A DNA stretch of 64,000 nt. Origin: Thainema sp. GTDB lineage: Bacteria; Cyanobacteriota; Cyanobacteriia; Phormidesmidales; Phormidesmidaceae. Made by a program: the position numbers and the translations under genes. The DNA lies in assembly GCA_052168235.1 (NCBI GenBank), contig JBQLZK010000016.1, forward strand, positions 53,371 to 117,370, given 5' to 3'. The first letter of the stretch is position 1. Every line of letters begins with the position of its first letter. Shown here piece by piece: positions 28,196 through 38,318 of this stretch. The notes under the pieces were generated by a model that saw only the letters and a program-made list of their open reading frames with translations, searched no databases and was not told where the DNA came from.

Positions 28196-29380
28196 CTACG
28201 ACTGAGAGAGCCGCTGTACTGATTTACCACCAAGCAGTTGATCGGCTTCCATGAGCAGGGCGGGAATTTGGTCGGCGTGGGGGCTGCGGGCGAGGCAGTG
28301 GCTCAAATCCAACTGATGCACATTTTTAGCAGGTTGACCGGGAAACCAGTGGCCGCCATTGCCCAGCAGGTTGTAGCGCATCTGAGCGTATTCCGTCATG
28401 TCAAAGGCAAGGGCCAAATTTCGCAGCCAGAGAATGGCGGGAATATTGATGCCGTTGGGCGTATTTTCCGGGTCGGGTAAACCTCGATGCCAGCTGCGGA
28501 GCCAGTCGCGTCCCAAGGCTGAGATCGCAGTTTCTTCTAATCGTTCTAAAATCGGCGGCAATACCTGATCTACCTGATCTAAAAGCGGTACAGCCTTTAA
28601 GTGCTCATCAAAATCCGTGGGTCGGGCTGCGCCGACGCTGAGGGTGTGAACCTGGGGATGGCTGAGGCAGAACAGGTCGTTAAACACCATTGGGCTGAGC
28701 GGACGACAGAGATCTACCAGCTTTTGGGGCGGATTGTAGAGCTTGCCGCCTTTATCGGAAGGACTGATGATAAAAACGCCCATGTCGTGTTCCGTCGCGG
28801 CTGCGATCGCAGGCCAGTTGAACTGGTTGATGTAGTACCAGTGCAGATTCACGTAGTCGAACTGATCGCTGCGAATCGCGTCCACAATCACTCGCGTGGG
28901 GCCGTGGGTGGAAAAGCCAATGTGTCGTACTTTGCCCTCGGCCTGAAGCTGCCGCGCCACGTCGATGCAGCCGCCGGGACGCAGACTCCACTCTAGAATT
29001 TCATCCGTATTAATGCCGTGCAGTCCCAGGAGATCTACATAATCCAACCGCAAATTTTGCAGCGATTGCTCGAAGGTTTGGCGAAACTCTTTGGGATCAG
29101 GCTTAGGACTGACTTTGGTTTGAACGATGATTTGATCCCTGGGAAACTTGGGCAGAATTTGACCGAGCTGAACTTCAGATGTGCCGTAGCCACGGGCGGT
29201 TTCGATATGGTTGATCCCGACCTCGAAAGCGCGGTAAATTGTCGCTTCTAGATTCTGCTGATTCTGCTTGGAAATCTGCCGACGGGGAACATCTTTCCAT
29301 GAATGCTGGTAGCGCATCCCCCCACAGGAAAACACGGGCATCTGCAACTCCGTGCGGCCAAATCGTCGATACTGCATCAT
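28196..29380 (-). CDS. Aldo/keto reductase family oxidoreductase
   Basis: YRRFGRT, GINHIETARGYGTSE, SLQNLRLDYVDL, GKVRHIGFSTH. Confidence 0.9.
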   Translation of the reverse strand: MMQYRRFGRTELQMPVFSCGGMRYQHSWKDVPRRQISKQNQQNLEATIYRAFEVGINHIETARGYGTSEVQLGQILPKFPRDQIIVQTKVSPKPDPKEFRQTFEQSLQNLRLDYVDLLGLHGINTDEILEWSLRPGGCIDVARQLQAEGKVRHIGFSTHGPTRVIVDAIRSDQFDYVNLHWYYINQFNWPAIAAATEHDMGVFIISPSDKGGKLYNPPQKLVDLCRPLSPMVFNDLFCLSHPQVHTLSVGAARPTDFDEHLKAVPLLDQVDQVLPPILERLEETAISALGRDWLRSWHRGLPDPENTPNGINIPAILWLRNLALAFDMTEYAQMRYNLLGNGGHWFPGQPAKNVHQLDLSHCLARSPHADQIPALLMEADQLLGGKSVQRLSQS

Positions 29381-29436
29381 GAAGATTGGGTTCGTCTTTT
29401 AGGTTTCTTTACAGTGTAGACCGCAGACCCAATGCA

Positions 29437-30381
29437 TTACCGAAAGTCGCATTCATCCAGACAAAAGCGATCGCACATGCGGACAGGAGAATCGGGGCGT
29501 CCCTGCATGGGGCACTGCTGATTGGTGCAGAAGAGGCAATCGGCTTGAATCGGACGCAGTAGCTGATGCGTGGCGTAGAGATAGATGTCTTGGTTGATAT
29601 ATCCCTGCGCTTCCAGTTCTGAAATGGAGTCGCTGATCAGAATGGCCGTATGAATGCCCAAGTGCTGACGGGCAGCGTTGATGTTGGCCAGCACTTGGCT
29701 AAAGCGCTGACTGCTGTCGTGAATCTTAATCAGCACCCGCTGCGGCTGATTTTGAAAGCAGGGCGGCGATTCCTGAGCAAAGTAATCCTGATACTGTAGC
29801 GTGTAGGTGCCGTCGGAGTAATGGCGGGTGCGAATGCGGCGGTGGAACAGGACATCCGGTTCTCCCAGGTCATCCAGCACATACCACCAGGATTTATGCC
29901 AAGCGGCTTCCGGTAAATGCAAAATCGTGGCGATCTGCTCACGGGAAAATCCGGATGCGGCCAGGATTGCTTCAACCTGCGATCGCACAATATTGCGGCC
30001 CAGTGTCTGCGTGGACGACTGGCAGCGCGTCACCTGCTGGTAATCTACCGTGGAGCAGCAGGCCGCCTGAGCTGATGGAGCGGTATGTACCGTGTCAGCT
30101 AGAACGCAGTTGACTACGTCATAGTGCAGCACTCCGTCAATCACCTGGGCATGGGAAACAGGCACGCCCAGGGTGGCTCGAATATGTCCCACTCGATGCG
30201 CTGGAGCCACCTGCGGATAGCAATCGACAAACAGAGATCGCAACGTCGCCTCATCTGCGATCGCAAGTGCCAGCACGATCCGCTCTCGCAGCTCGGTGGC
30301 ATCGACGGGCGACTCATCAATGGCAGACGGAGGGTGGGGCTGGCGTTGGGGCTGAGCAGTCCAAGATACCGGATAAACCAT
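29437..30381 (-). CDS. Hypothetical protein with C-terminal Cys cluster
   Basis: Long ORF ending CLFCTNQQCPMQG...MCDRFC; ATG 30381 preferred over the track start 30468. Confidence 0.65.
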   Translation of the reverse strand: MVYPVSWTAQPQRQPHPPSAIDESPVDATELRERIVLALAIADEATLRSLFVDCYPQVAPAHRVGHIRATLGVPVSHAQVIDGVLHYDVVNCVLADTVHTAPSAQAACCSTVDYQQVTRCQSSTQTLGRNIVRSQVEAILAASGFSREQIATILHLPEAAWHKSWWYVLDDLGEPDVLFHRRIRTRHYSDGTYTLQYQDYFAQESPPCFQNQPQRVLIKIHDSSQRFSQVLANINAARQHLGIHTAILISDSISELEAQGYINQDIYLYATHQLLRPIQADCLFCTNQQCPMQGRPDSPVRMCDRFCLDECDFR

Positions 30382-30821
30382 AAGCGCCTGATGCGTAGCG
30401 GTTGATTGCGGTGAATTGCAGTTGCGATCGCAAAATGAACTTGCTAATAGCGCAAGCCTTGACTTCATCTTGCGGCAATCTCAGCGATTCGCGATGCGAC
30501 TTGTGACAAAGCGTTGAATTCTCATACAAATCCTTGTAGCTCCACTGAGAGAATTTATAAACGTCCAAATAACACAACATAACTTTGCTTTAAATCGAGC
30601 CAAGGTGCGATCGCAATTTAGAATTTGATGCTGAGTTCTGATATTGGATTCTAATTCTGGACGTTGTAATTATTCATTTAAGTTGTGTTGACCTACGAAA
30701 ATTCACAGGGATGGTTTTCCTATTGTTTGAAGATCATTGTTTTCAAAATGGTGAAATCACTCAGAAAATCACTGAACCGACATGCAATGACTTCGCAGTT
30801 TCGGCTTGCCCAATCTAAAAC

Positions 30822-30920
30822 CTAGTGGTTTGCCAACGTTGTTTTGGTGGGTTTTGATGGTTGATATGTCGCGCTTTGCGCGACATATCAACCATCAAAA
30901 CTGATTTGACACAGCACTAG
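30822..30920. mobile_element. MITE-like hairpin element, CTAG family, copy 1
   Basis: CTAGTG...CACTAG ends; core TTTTGATGGTTGATATGTCGCGC-TTT-GCGCGACATATCAACCATCAAAA; an inverted 99-bp copy lies at 46886-46984. Confidence 0.85.
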
Positions 30921-31189
30921 TTGGTTTAGCAACCGAATTTTTTCCTGAGATAAATTAAGTCATCAACTTGAGTTTGGCTATATGTAAAGAATTACGTCAT
31001 CAAGTTGAGACTTACGGAGGGTCGGGCAATCTGAAAATAGTCAGCAAGTAATCAAATTCAGTTTTGATTCATGAGTTGATTTAGTGCTCTTGCTCCCATA
31101 ACAGGCTGAGCTAAACATCGTCTATTTTTTTAGTTTTGTAACACAGTTATTACCTCATCGCGGTTGGATTAAGCTTTGGAGTTGAGTTT

Positions 31190-31663
31190 ATGCATACCCT
31201 GAATCATACAATTGAGCGCTCCGTCTTAGACGCAGATGGTCGCTATCTCAATGCTCAAGAACTTTACCCATTAGAGCAATATCTCAAGAGCTACAATCAG
31301 CGGCTAGAAACCTATGCCTTGCTAAGAGAAAAAAGCGACGCCTTAGTGTTACAAGCCCTGCGGAAATTAGCTCAAGTTTATCCAGAACTGATTCAAAAGC
31401 ACGGCAAGCGCTGTAAATACGATATGGCAGAAGTGTTACGCTATGCAGCCCTGTCTGTGCTGAGAGATGACGAGATGTTTTTCAAGGAAGCAATGGTGTC
31501 TTGGTTAGATACCATCTTGGTTGCCCACCACAAACAGGAGCAGTGCATTAAAGCGTATCAGTATCTGGAAGATGCTATCGCAACTATGCTGCCGCCTACC
31601 GATGCCACCCTCGTTCGCCCCTATATTGAGGTTGTGCTGATGACCCTAAAGTCCCACGCTTAA
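31190..31663 (+). CDS. Divergent phycobiliprotein-like (globin-fold) protein
   Basis: ADGRYL..EL..L N-terminal motif; KRCKYDM..VLRY corresponds to the ACxRD..xLRY segment of phycobiliproteins. Confidence 0.75.
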   Translation: MHTLNHTIERSVLDADGRYLNAQELYPLEQYLKSYNQRLETYALLREKSDALVLQALRKLAQVYPELIQKHGKRCKYDMAEVLRYAALSVLRDDEMFFKEAMVSWLDTILVAHHKQEQCIKAYQYLEDAIATMLPPTDATLVRPYIEVVLMTLKSHA

Positions 31664-31706
31664 GTTGTTAATTAGACGCAGTTTCAACAAGATTAGGAAG
31701 TTGAAT

Positions 31707-32444
31707 ATGAAGGAATATGATAATTCAATTACCTTAAATAATCGTTCATCCCGCGAAGAACGGGAATCTGCCCTGTACCAGATTTACACCCAAATCTTAG
31801 GCCGCCAACCCTATCAGTATGAGCGTAAAATTTTAGCCGATGCAGAAAAGAATTTCTTGCAGGGTAAAAGTAGCGTTAAGCGCTTCCTAAAATGCCTTGG
31901 CCACTCCGAAATTTATCTAGACTCTTACTATCACAATTCATCCAACCTCAAGTTTTTAGACTGGTGCTTTAAGCACTTTATGGGTCGCGCTCCTCAAGAT
32001 GAAAAAGAAGTTCAATACTACTGTGATATTCTGATGCGTTCAGGCGTTAAAGAACTCATTACTGTGCTGCTAGACTCAGAAGAATATCGGAAGGTATTTG
32101 GCAACTTTACGGTGCCTCACACATACGAACAAAGCCACTATGCTTCACCAAAAGCCTATTGGGAGACCAATATCTTGACCCACGAACATTTCAGTCAACG
32201 GGGGCGGGTCATTCCAACCATGTATTGGCATTCCCTGGGGCTCAACTGTGATGCGGGCGTTTGCCATCCAGAAGTCGATGGTGAATTTGCCCATACAAAT
32301 CAATCGCCCAGTGCAGCTTCCGACGAGATGATGCCAGACGAGCTAATGGAATTTTTGAAGGCTTTAGGCCCCGCTCAAGCACGTCAGCTCATTGCCTCCA
32401 TGACGCCAAAACAAAAGCAGGCGCTTTATCAGGCGATTCATTAA
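31707..32444 (+). CDS. Phycobilisome linker-polypeptide-domain protein
   Basis: QIYTQILGR, FKHFMGRAP, LLDSEEYRKVFG..TVP; ATG 31707 follows AGGAAG. Confidence 0.85.
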   Translation: MKEYDNSITLNNRSSREERESALYQIYTQILGRQPYQYERKILADAEKNFLQGKSSVKRFLKCLGHSEIYLDSYYHNSSNLKFLDWCFKHFMGRAPQDEKEVQYYCDILMRSGVKELITVLLDSEEYRKVFGNFTVPHTYEQSHYASPKAYWETNILTHEHFSQRGRVIPTMYWHSLGLNCDAGVCHPEVDGEFAHTNQSPSAASDEMMPDELMEFLKALGPAQARQLIASMTPKQKQALYQAIH

Positions 32445-32472
32445 TTTAGACTTAATTAGATTCGGTATGGAC

Positions 32473-32522
32473 AGTGTATTTTGTCACCGTGACTGGTGAC
32501 AAAATACACTTTTTTGTTTTTC
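32473..32522 (+). terminator. Intrinsic terminator
   Basis: AGTGTATTTTGTCACC-GTGACT-GGTGACAAAATACACT followed by a T-tract, about 30 bp after the stop. Confidence 0.75.
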
Positions 32523-32582
32523 TACGAGCAGCATCGTACGGTGTAACGTGACACATGATGCCTCTTCTACATCTTCAGTTTC

Positions 32583-32687
32583 TACAGCAATCTTCAGGTG
32601 ATTATGAACAGGTGATTATGAACAGGCCGCCCCGCTGGGGTGGCCTGTTCATAATCACCTGTTCACTAGCTATTTAGTAGAGCTACA
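32583..32687. mobile_element. MITE-like hairpin element (TACAGC-type ends, degenerate)
   Basis: 29-bp arms TGAACAGGTGATTATGAACAGGCCGCCCC-GCT-GGGGTGGCCTGTTCATAATCACCTGTTCA inside a 105-bp TACAGC...GCTACA shell. Confidence 0.6.
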
Positions 32688-32771
32688 GATAGTTTGTCTT
32701 TGTGGTCTATCCTGCAAAAGGAAGCAAACCATACGTCTGATTCGTTTAGCACCCAAAGTTGAGTCCAGCAA

Positions 32772-33938
32772 ATGTCCATTTCATCACGGATGCAGGCTGT
32801 TCAGTCACCGATTATTCCCATCGTAGGAGAGCTAATTTGCCAGCATCCCGGCACGATTTCACTGGGTCAGGGCGTCGTCTCCTACCCACCACCGCCGGAA
32901 AGCATTGTCATGCTGCAAAGCTTTGCCGCTAATCCCGCCAACCATATTTACAAAGCCGTCGAAGGGATTCCGCCACTGCTGGAGGTGATTCGCGCCAAAC
33001 TTGAAACCGATAACGGCCTGGTTCTGACCAACGACCAGCGCATTGTGGTGACCGCAGGCAGCAACATGGCGTTTATGAATGCGGTGCTGGCGATCGCATC
33101 TCTTGGTGATGAAATTATTCTGCAAACGCCCTACTACTTCAATCACGAAATGGCGATCGCAATTGCGGGTTGCCGAGCCGTCTGCGTACCAACCGACGAG
33201 CAGTACCAGTTGCAGCTAGATGCGATCGCACGGGCCATCACCCCTCAAACCCGCGCCATCGTCACCATTTCGCCCAACAACCCGACGGGTGCTGTTTATC
33301 CAGCAGCCGACCTACAGGCCGTCAATGATCTCTGCCGCGATCGCGGACTGTACCATATCAGCGATGAAGCCTACGAATACTTCACTTACGATGGTGTAAA
33401 CCACGTTTCGCCCGGTCGCTTTGTCGATAGCCAGGACTTTACGATCTCGCTGTTTAGCCTATCGAAAGCATACGGATTTGCCAGCTGGCGAATCGGCTAC
33501 ATGGTAATTCCGGCTCACCTGTTCGATGCGGTGAAGAAAATTCAGGACACGATTCTGATTTGTCCACCCGTTGTCTCGCAGTATGCTGCCTTGGGCGCTC
33601 TGAAGGTGGGACGGCAGTACTGTTGCGATCGCATTGCTCCTTTGAATGCAATCCGTCAGCAAATTCTTGCCTCGCTGCAACCGCTAGTGGAGCAAGGGAT
33701 CTGTACAGTTGCTCCGGCTCAAGGTGCATTTTATCTATTTATTCGAGTTCATACTCAGTTGGACGCAATGGCACTAACCGAGTACCTAATTCGCGAACAT
33801 CACGTCGCGGTCATTCCAGGAACAACCTTCGGCATGGATCACGGTTGCTACATCCGAGTCGCCTACGGCGCATTAGAGGCCAACACGCTACTGAGCGGAT
33901 TAGATCGCCTGATCACCGGACTGAAGGGCGTCGCTTAA
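32772..33938 (+). CDS. PLP-dependent aminotransferase class I/II
   Basis: ISLGQG, SPNNPTG, SDEAY, SLSKAYGFASWRIGY. Confidence 0.93.
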   Translation: MSISSRMQAVQSPIIPIVGELICQHPGTISLGQGVVSYPPPPESIVMLQSFAANPANHIYKAVEGIPPLLEVIRAKLETDNGLVLTNDQRIVVTAGSNMAFMNAVLAIASLGDEIILQTPYYFNHEMAIAIAGCRAVCVPTDEQYQLQLDAIARAITPQTRAIVTISPNNPTGAVYPAADLQAVNDLCRDRGLYHISDEAYEYFTYDGVNHVSPGRFVDSQDFTISLFSLSKAYGFASWRIGYMVIPAHLFDAVKKIQDTILICPPVVSQYAALGALKVGRQYCCDRIAPLNAIRQQILASLQPLVEQGICTVAPAQGAFYLFIRVHTQLDAMALTEYLIREHHVAVIPGTTFGMDHGCYIRVAYGALEANTLLSGLDRLITGLKGVA

Positions 33939-33956
33939 TTTGAGTACAAAATTCAA

Positions 33957-34046
33957 TAGACTTTATCGGAAATTGTTTTGTAGCGCGGCTCCGCCGCGCT
34001 ACAAAACAATTTCCAACCCCAAAAACTTTATTTCCAATAAAGTCTA
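33957..34046. mobile_element. MITE-like hairpin element, TAGAC family, copy 2 (opposite orientation)
   Basis: Reverse complement of 28087-28177 with few differences. Confidence 0.85.
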
Positions 34047-34163
34047 ATATTTAACCCAGACGTCTAAACGTTTTCAGAGTTTTCCAACGTCCTAATCAAT
34101 GTGACTACTGTTATAACAACTCAAGTTCACACATGAAGAGGGTTAAAATTATGTTAAGTATTT

Positions 34164-34931
34164 ATGATTGTCGCCTTAATGTCATTGAGCATGCCGATTG
34201 CGCTGTTGGGTCTAGCAAGTTTCACATCATGGTTCATTAGCATGCTGGCAGGTGGCGGTAGTCCGTTCATCCTGATTCCACTCGTTAATTTTTGGTATGG
34301 AGCTGAGTCGGTTGCGCCCGTGATTACGACCGGGATGATGCTGGGCAACATGCAGCGAATCGGCATGTTCTGGCAGCATATTGATTGGACAGTGACTCGC
34401 TGGTACGCACCGGGAGCATTAGTTGGCGCGATTTTGGGAGCCTATGCGTTTACCAAAATCCAGCTCGAATGGATGCAGATTCTGTTGGGGATCGCGTTGT
34501 TACTGGTTGGCGTCAATCACTGGCTCCGACAGGCTAAACCACCCCTATCGGTGAAGGCGTGGCAATTTCTGCCAATTGGCTTTTTATATGCATTTGGCTC
34601 TGGCTTGGTGGGCAGCACTGGCCCAGTGATGAACCCGGTTTATCTTAACTATGGCTTGGTCAAGGAAGAGATGATCGCAACCAAGGCAGTCAATGTGGTG
34701 ATGGTGCATGTGGTGAAGCTGATTACCTACTGGCTGCTGGGGGCGCTACATCCGATGTATTTGCTCTATGGCGTCGTAATTGGTGTGGCAGCATTTCCAG
34801 CCAATTGGTTAGGGAAGCTGATTCTAGAACGCATGAGCGGGGATCAGTTTCAGCAGGTTGTGCTAACCTTTGTGGCTCTAAGCGGTGCCTTTATGGTTTG
34901 GAACCAGCGGCATTTGCTGTCATGGTTTTAG
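34164..34931 (+). CDS. Sulfite exporter TauE/SafE family membrane protein
   Basis: About 8 TM segments; repeated AGGGSPFILIP / SGLVGSTGPV motifs; GALVGAILGA. Confidence 0.85.
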   Translation: MIVALMSLSMPIALLGLASFTSWFISMLAGGGSPFILIPLVNFWYGAESVAPVITTGMMLGNMQRIGMFWQHIDWTVTRWYAPGALVGAILGAYAFTKIQLEWMQILLGIALLLVGVNHWLRQAKPPLSVKAWQFLPIGFLYAFGSGLVGSTGPVMNPVYLNYGLVKEEMIATKAVNVVMVHVVKLITYWLLGALHPMYLLYGVVIGVAAFPANWLGKLILERMSGDQFQQVVLTFVALSGAFMVWNQRHLLSWF

Positions 34932-35389
34932 AGATTATGTTTTAGAGACTGTGTTTTCTTTAAATTTTGCTCCCATTCTTCGAGGAAAGTTTCTTTTATC
35001 CCACTATCAGAAACACCTGCCTCTATCCATCCAATTTGAACATTATCTAATTCTAAGGCGACTGTGGATTCAGTTTCTTTCGAGTAAACTTCTAATGCTC
35101 TGACTAAAACTTTAACTTCCTTAAGATGAGCGGCATCCACTTCACATGGAAGCTGCTCGTTCCAAGGTGGTAAAGCAGAATAGATCTCTAAAAATCCTCC
35201 CACTGTCCGAATGCTTTCATCTGAGCCTGTATCCGATTCGTCACAGAATGTAGGTTTATCTATCAGCCAATCATGTTGCTCAGATAATTGTTCAACAAGA
35301 AGCCGCATCTTTTGAACCACAGTATCGTTGAGTTCACTGTCAATAAAAAACAAGAGTAACTGCTTTGGATGATCTGCGGGTAAAAACAT
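34928..35389 (-). CDS. Acidic hypothetical protein, AT-rich orphan
   Basis: 153-aa ORF from ATG 35389, overlapping the tauE-family stop; no HIP1 inside. Confidence 0.6.
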   Translation of the reverse strand: MFLPADHPKQLLLFFIDSELNDTVVQKMRLLVEQLSEQHDWLIDKPTFCDESDTGSDESIRTVGGFLEIYSALPPWNEQLPCEVDAAHLKEVKVLVRALEVYSKETESTVALELDNVQIGWIEAGVSDSGIKETFLEEWEQNLKKTQSLKHNL

Positions 35390-35567
35390 AACTATTTGCC
35401 TCACTCCGCACTCCGCACTTTCTCCCTCAAAACTCACCCCCACCCCACCTTCCTCTCAGGAAAAACTTATTTGACAGAATTAGCATAACCTTAGCCATCG
35501 AAGTTCATCATTTAGATGAGCCTGTAACCGACCTCAACAGATAACCTCAAGCATAAGGGAGAAGATC

Positions 35568-37001
35568 ATGGCGGTTGACTATGATTTGGTAATTATTGGC
35601 GGTGGGTCTGCCGGACTCGTCGTTGCCAGTGCCGCAGCTCAAATCAAGGCCAAAGTTGCCTTGGTGGAACGTGAGCGACTGGGTGGAGAATGCCTTTACT
35701 ATGGCTGTGTTCCTAGTAAATCCCTGATTCATGCTGCTCGGACTTCCTATGATGTTCAACATGCCGATCGCTTTGGCGTGTACACTCAACCGCCTCGGAT
35801 TGAGTTTGCTGAAGCCATTGGGCACGTGCAGAAGGTGATTCGCACGATTGAGGTGCATGATTCTCCCGAACGGTTTGAATCGCTAGGGGTTGAGGTAATT
35901 TTTGGCGAGGGGCAATTCTGCGATCGCAACACCTTTGAAGTCAATGGCCGCAAGTTAAAAGCCAGGGCGTTTGTGGTTGCCACCGGATCGCATCCATTTC
36001 TGCCTGCCGTTGAAGGACTTCAGGAAGCGGGCTACATCACCAATAAAACCGTTTTCACCCGCACTGAGCAACCTGAATCGCTGGTCATCATTGGTGCTGG
36101 CCCCATTGGCTGCGAGTTAGGACAATCCTTCCAACGCTTGGGCACACAGGTGACAATTATCTCCAGTCGCGCCAACATCATGCCGAAAGAAGAACCCGAA
36201 GTCGCTGCTGTGGTTGAGAAACAATTGGAAGCGGAAGGCATCCGGATTATTCGCAATGCCAAAGCAGAGCGCGTAGAGGTGATCGACGGTAAAAAACACG
36301 TCTGGGCAGGTAAAGAGAACGTCATTGCTGACGATATTTTGCTAGCGGCAGGACAGGTGCCTAGCGTCAGCTCCCTCAATCTGCAAGCGGCTGAAGTCGA
36401 GGTCGGCAAGCAGGGCATCAAGGTGAATGAAAAGCTACAGTCGGTGACCAATCCCCGCATTTATGCCTGCGGTGACGTAATTGGCGGCTATCAGTTTACC
36501 CACGTCGCCTCCTACGAAGCAGCCATTGTGCTGAAAAATGCTCTATTCTTCCCGCTCACCAAGGCAAAGTATGAAGTCATTCCCTGGGCCACGTTTACCG
36601 ATCCCGAACTGGCGCGGGTAGGTATGACCGAAAAGCAAGCCCGCGATCGCTATGGCGATGATATTTACGTGTTGAAGCAAAATTTTGCTGACGTGGATCG
36701 AGCGCAGGCCGAGGGCCAAACCGCCGGATTTGCCAAGTTCATCACCAAAGGCAACGGCGAAATTCTGGGCGCTCACATGGTCGGGCCATCGGCGGGTGAA
36801 CTGATCCATGAGGTGGTGCTGGCCATGACCCAAGGACTCAAGATTTCAGCCCTGACAGGCATGATCCATATCTATCCCACCCTGGCCGAAATCAACAGCA
36901 AAACCGCGCTGCAGCTTACCAAGCAAAAGTATGCCAAAAATACGCGACTACAGACGATCCTGACCAAGTTTTTCAACTTCCGGCGGTCGATTGGCGGCTA
37001 A
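35568..37001 (+). CDS. Pyridine nucleotide-disulfide oxidoreductase (dihydrolipoamide dehydrogenase / mercuric reductase-like family)
   Basis: GGGSAG, GGECLYYGCVPSK, GAGPIGCE, IYACGD, HIYPTLAE. Confidence 0.9.
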   Translation: MAVDYDLVIIGGGSAGLVVASAAAQIKAKVALVERERLGGECLYYGCVPSKSLIHAARTSYDVQHADRFGVYTQPPRIEFAEAIGHVQKVIRTIEVHDSPERFESLGVEVIFGEGQFCDRNTFEVNGRKLKARAFVVATGSHPFLPAVEGLQEAGYITNKTVFTRTEQPESLVIIGAGPIGCELGQSFQRLGTQVTIISSRANIMPKEEPEVAAVVEKQLEAEGIRIIRNAKAERVEVIDGKKHVWAGKENVIADDILLAAGQVPSVSSLNLQAAEVEVGKQGIKVNEKLQSVTNPRIYACGDVIGGYQFTHVASYEAAIVLKNALFFPLTKAKYEVIPWATFTDPELARVGMTEKQARDRYGDDIYVLKQNFADVDRAQAEGQTAGFAKFITKGNGEILGAHMVGPSAGELIHEVVLAMTQGLKISALTGMIHIYPTLAEINSKTALQLTKQKYAKNTRLQTILTKFFNFRRSIGG

Positions 37002-37027
37002 TTTGGCTGATAACAGTCGAGCAAAGC

Positions 37028-37067
37028 AGCTCCCCTACTCCCTTGCTCCCCTCATTCCTCACTTACC
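37028..37067. repeat. Degenerate CT-rich short tandem repeat (STRR-like)
   Basis: ctcccctactcccttgctcccctcattcctcacttacc; a similar tract lies at about 45648-45690. Confidence 0.45.
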
Positions 37068-37862
37068 TCAGCGCGGCGCGATCGCAACTTCTACGTCAGT
37101 CCCCATCAAGTCAATCAGATACGGCAACAGTGCTGCCTGGTCGCTGAGAACGGGAGCGAGTTGAAACGTAACTTGGGGATGACGCTGGGCTAGTTCGTTG
37201 ACTAAAGTTGCGATCGCATCCGTAATTCCGCCTGCAAAGAGGAAATAGGGCAAAATACCAATTCGGCGATGGCCTTGCTCAATCAGTTGCTCGACTTGAT
37301 GCGCCAACTGTGGGTCAACTGACCAGTAGGCGGGAGCGGCCTGGATTATGTTGGCTAGCTGTTCAATGGGTTGATTGCCACCCGGACGACGGCTACCGTG
37401 GGAGAGCAGAATCCAAGCATCCATTTCAGCTTGCCGCTGGGTTGTCTGCAAAATCTGCACCAGTTCCGCATGGCTACCGAGATAGGGAGAGCAGTGGAGG
37501 GCAATATCCGCCGCTGGCGAATGCAGCAAAAGCTGCTGCGCCTGCTGGATTTCGGCGGGAATATCCTCCATGACATGGACACCCGGCAGCAAAAACAGCG
37601 GCAGCAGTTTCAGTTGGGTGTAGCCTTCGGTGCTGGCGAGATAGGCCATCTGTTCAATTTGGCGATGCAGCGGTTCGTCGGCTAGTTCCAGCGTTGCGGC
37701 TCCAATCAGTGGGACAAAATTCTGACTATCCTGCGGGGTATGTGGTGCGATCTGGTGCTGCAACTGGGTGATTAATTGTGCGATCGCAGCATCGGGACGC
37801 GGATCGCGGCTACCGTGGGATACCAGCAGGTATGCAGAACGGTGGGAAGCGGGCATAAACAT
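37068..37862 (-). CDS. cbiX: Sirohydrochlorin chelatase (CbiX/SirB family, two domains)
   Basis: LVSHGSRDP, LPLFLLPGVHVMEDIP, second LLSHGSRR, PYFLFAG. Confidence 0.85.
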   Translation of the reverse strand: MFMPASHRSAYLLVSHGSRDPRPDAAIAQLITQLQHQIAPHTPQDSQNFVPLIGAATLELADEPLHRQIEQMAYLASTEGYTQLKLLPLFLLPGVHVMEDIPAEIQQAQQLLLHSPAADIALHCSPYLGSHAELVQILQTTQRQAEMDAWILLSHGSRRPGGNQPIEQLANIIQAAPAYWSVDPQLAHQVEQLIEQGHRRIGILPYFLFAGGITDAIATLVNELAQRHPQVTFQLAPVLSDQAALLPYLIDLMGTDVEVAIAPR

Positions 37863-37892
37863 CAGGCTAGGAATGCGACAGCTTCTTTGAGC

Positions 37893-38318
37893 TTAGCGGT
37901 TTTGCTCCTCAATTCGGTAAATAATGAACTGTTGCAGAATGCCGACCGATTCAACGTGGTAGGCGGGTGGGGTTTCACCAATGAGAGCGATTAAGTCACT
38001 GGGAATAAACTCGTCAACAGATAAATCCGTTGTGTAGATACTGAACAAGCCAAAATTCTGCTGCTCCGTTTGCTGCTGGATGATCTGCCGCGCTGGCCCA
38101 CGCCCGATTTCGACCAGCGATTCACACGAACTACTCAAAAAACCACCCAAATCTTGAGAAACATCGTCACACAGCTCTTGCTTGGCGTAGATCATGAGCT
38201 GCTCGGTGGCAAAATTCTCATAGGCTTGCCGATTGGGGTTGGTGATGGCCAAAACTCCTGCCAATCCGGCCAGGACGGCACCGCCTAGAATCAAACTATT
38301 CTTCAACCATTTGCTCAT
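37893..38318 (-). CDS. DUF4359-like membrane-anchored protein
   Basis: N-terminal TM then TNP..AYE, T.QQNFGLFSIYTT, GILQQF. Confidence 0.75.
   Translation of the reverse strand: MSKWLKNSLILGGAVLAGLAGVLAITNPNRQAYENFATEQLMIYAKQELCDDVSQDLGGFLSSSCESLVEIGRGPARQIIQQQTEQQNFGLFSIYTTDLSVDEFIPSDLIALIGETPPAYHVESVGILQQFIIYRIEEQNR

Noticed and set aside
35568..37001. Call as merA
   Set aside because: Lacks the C-terminal Cys-Cys pair and N-terminal metal-binding domain; no mer genes nearby.
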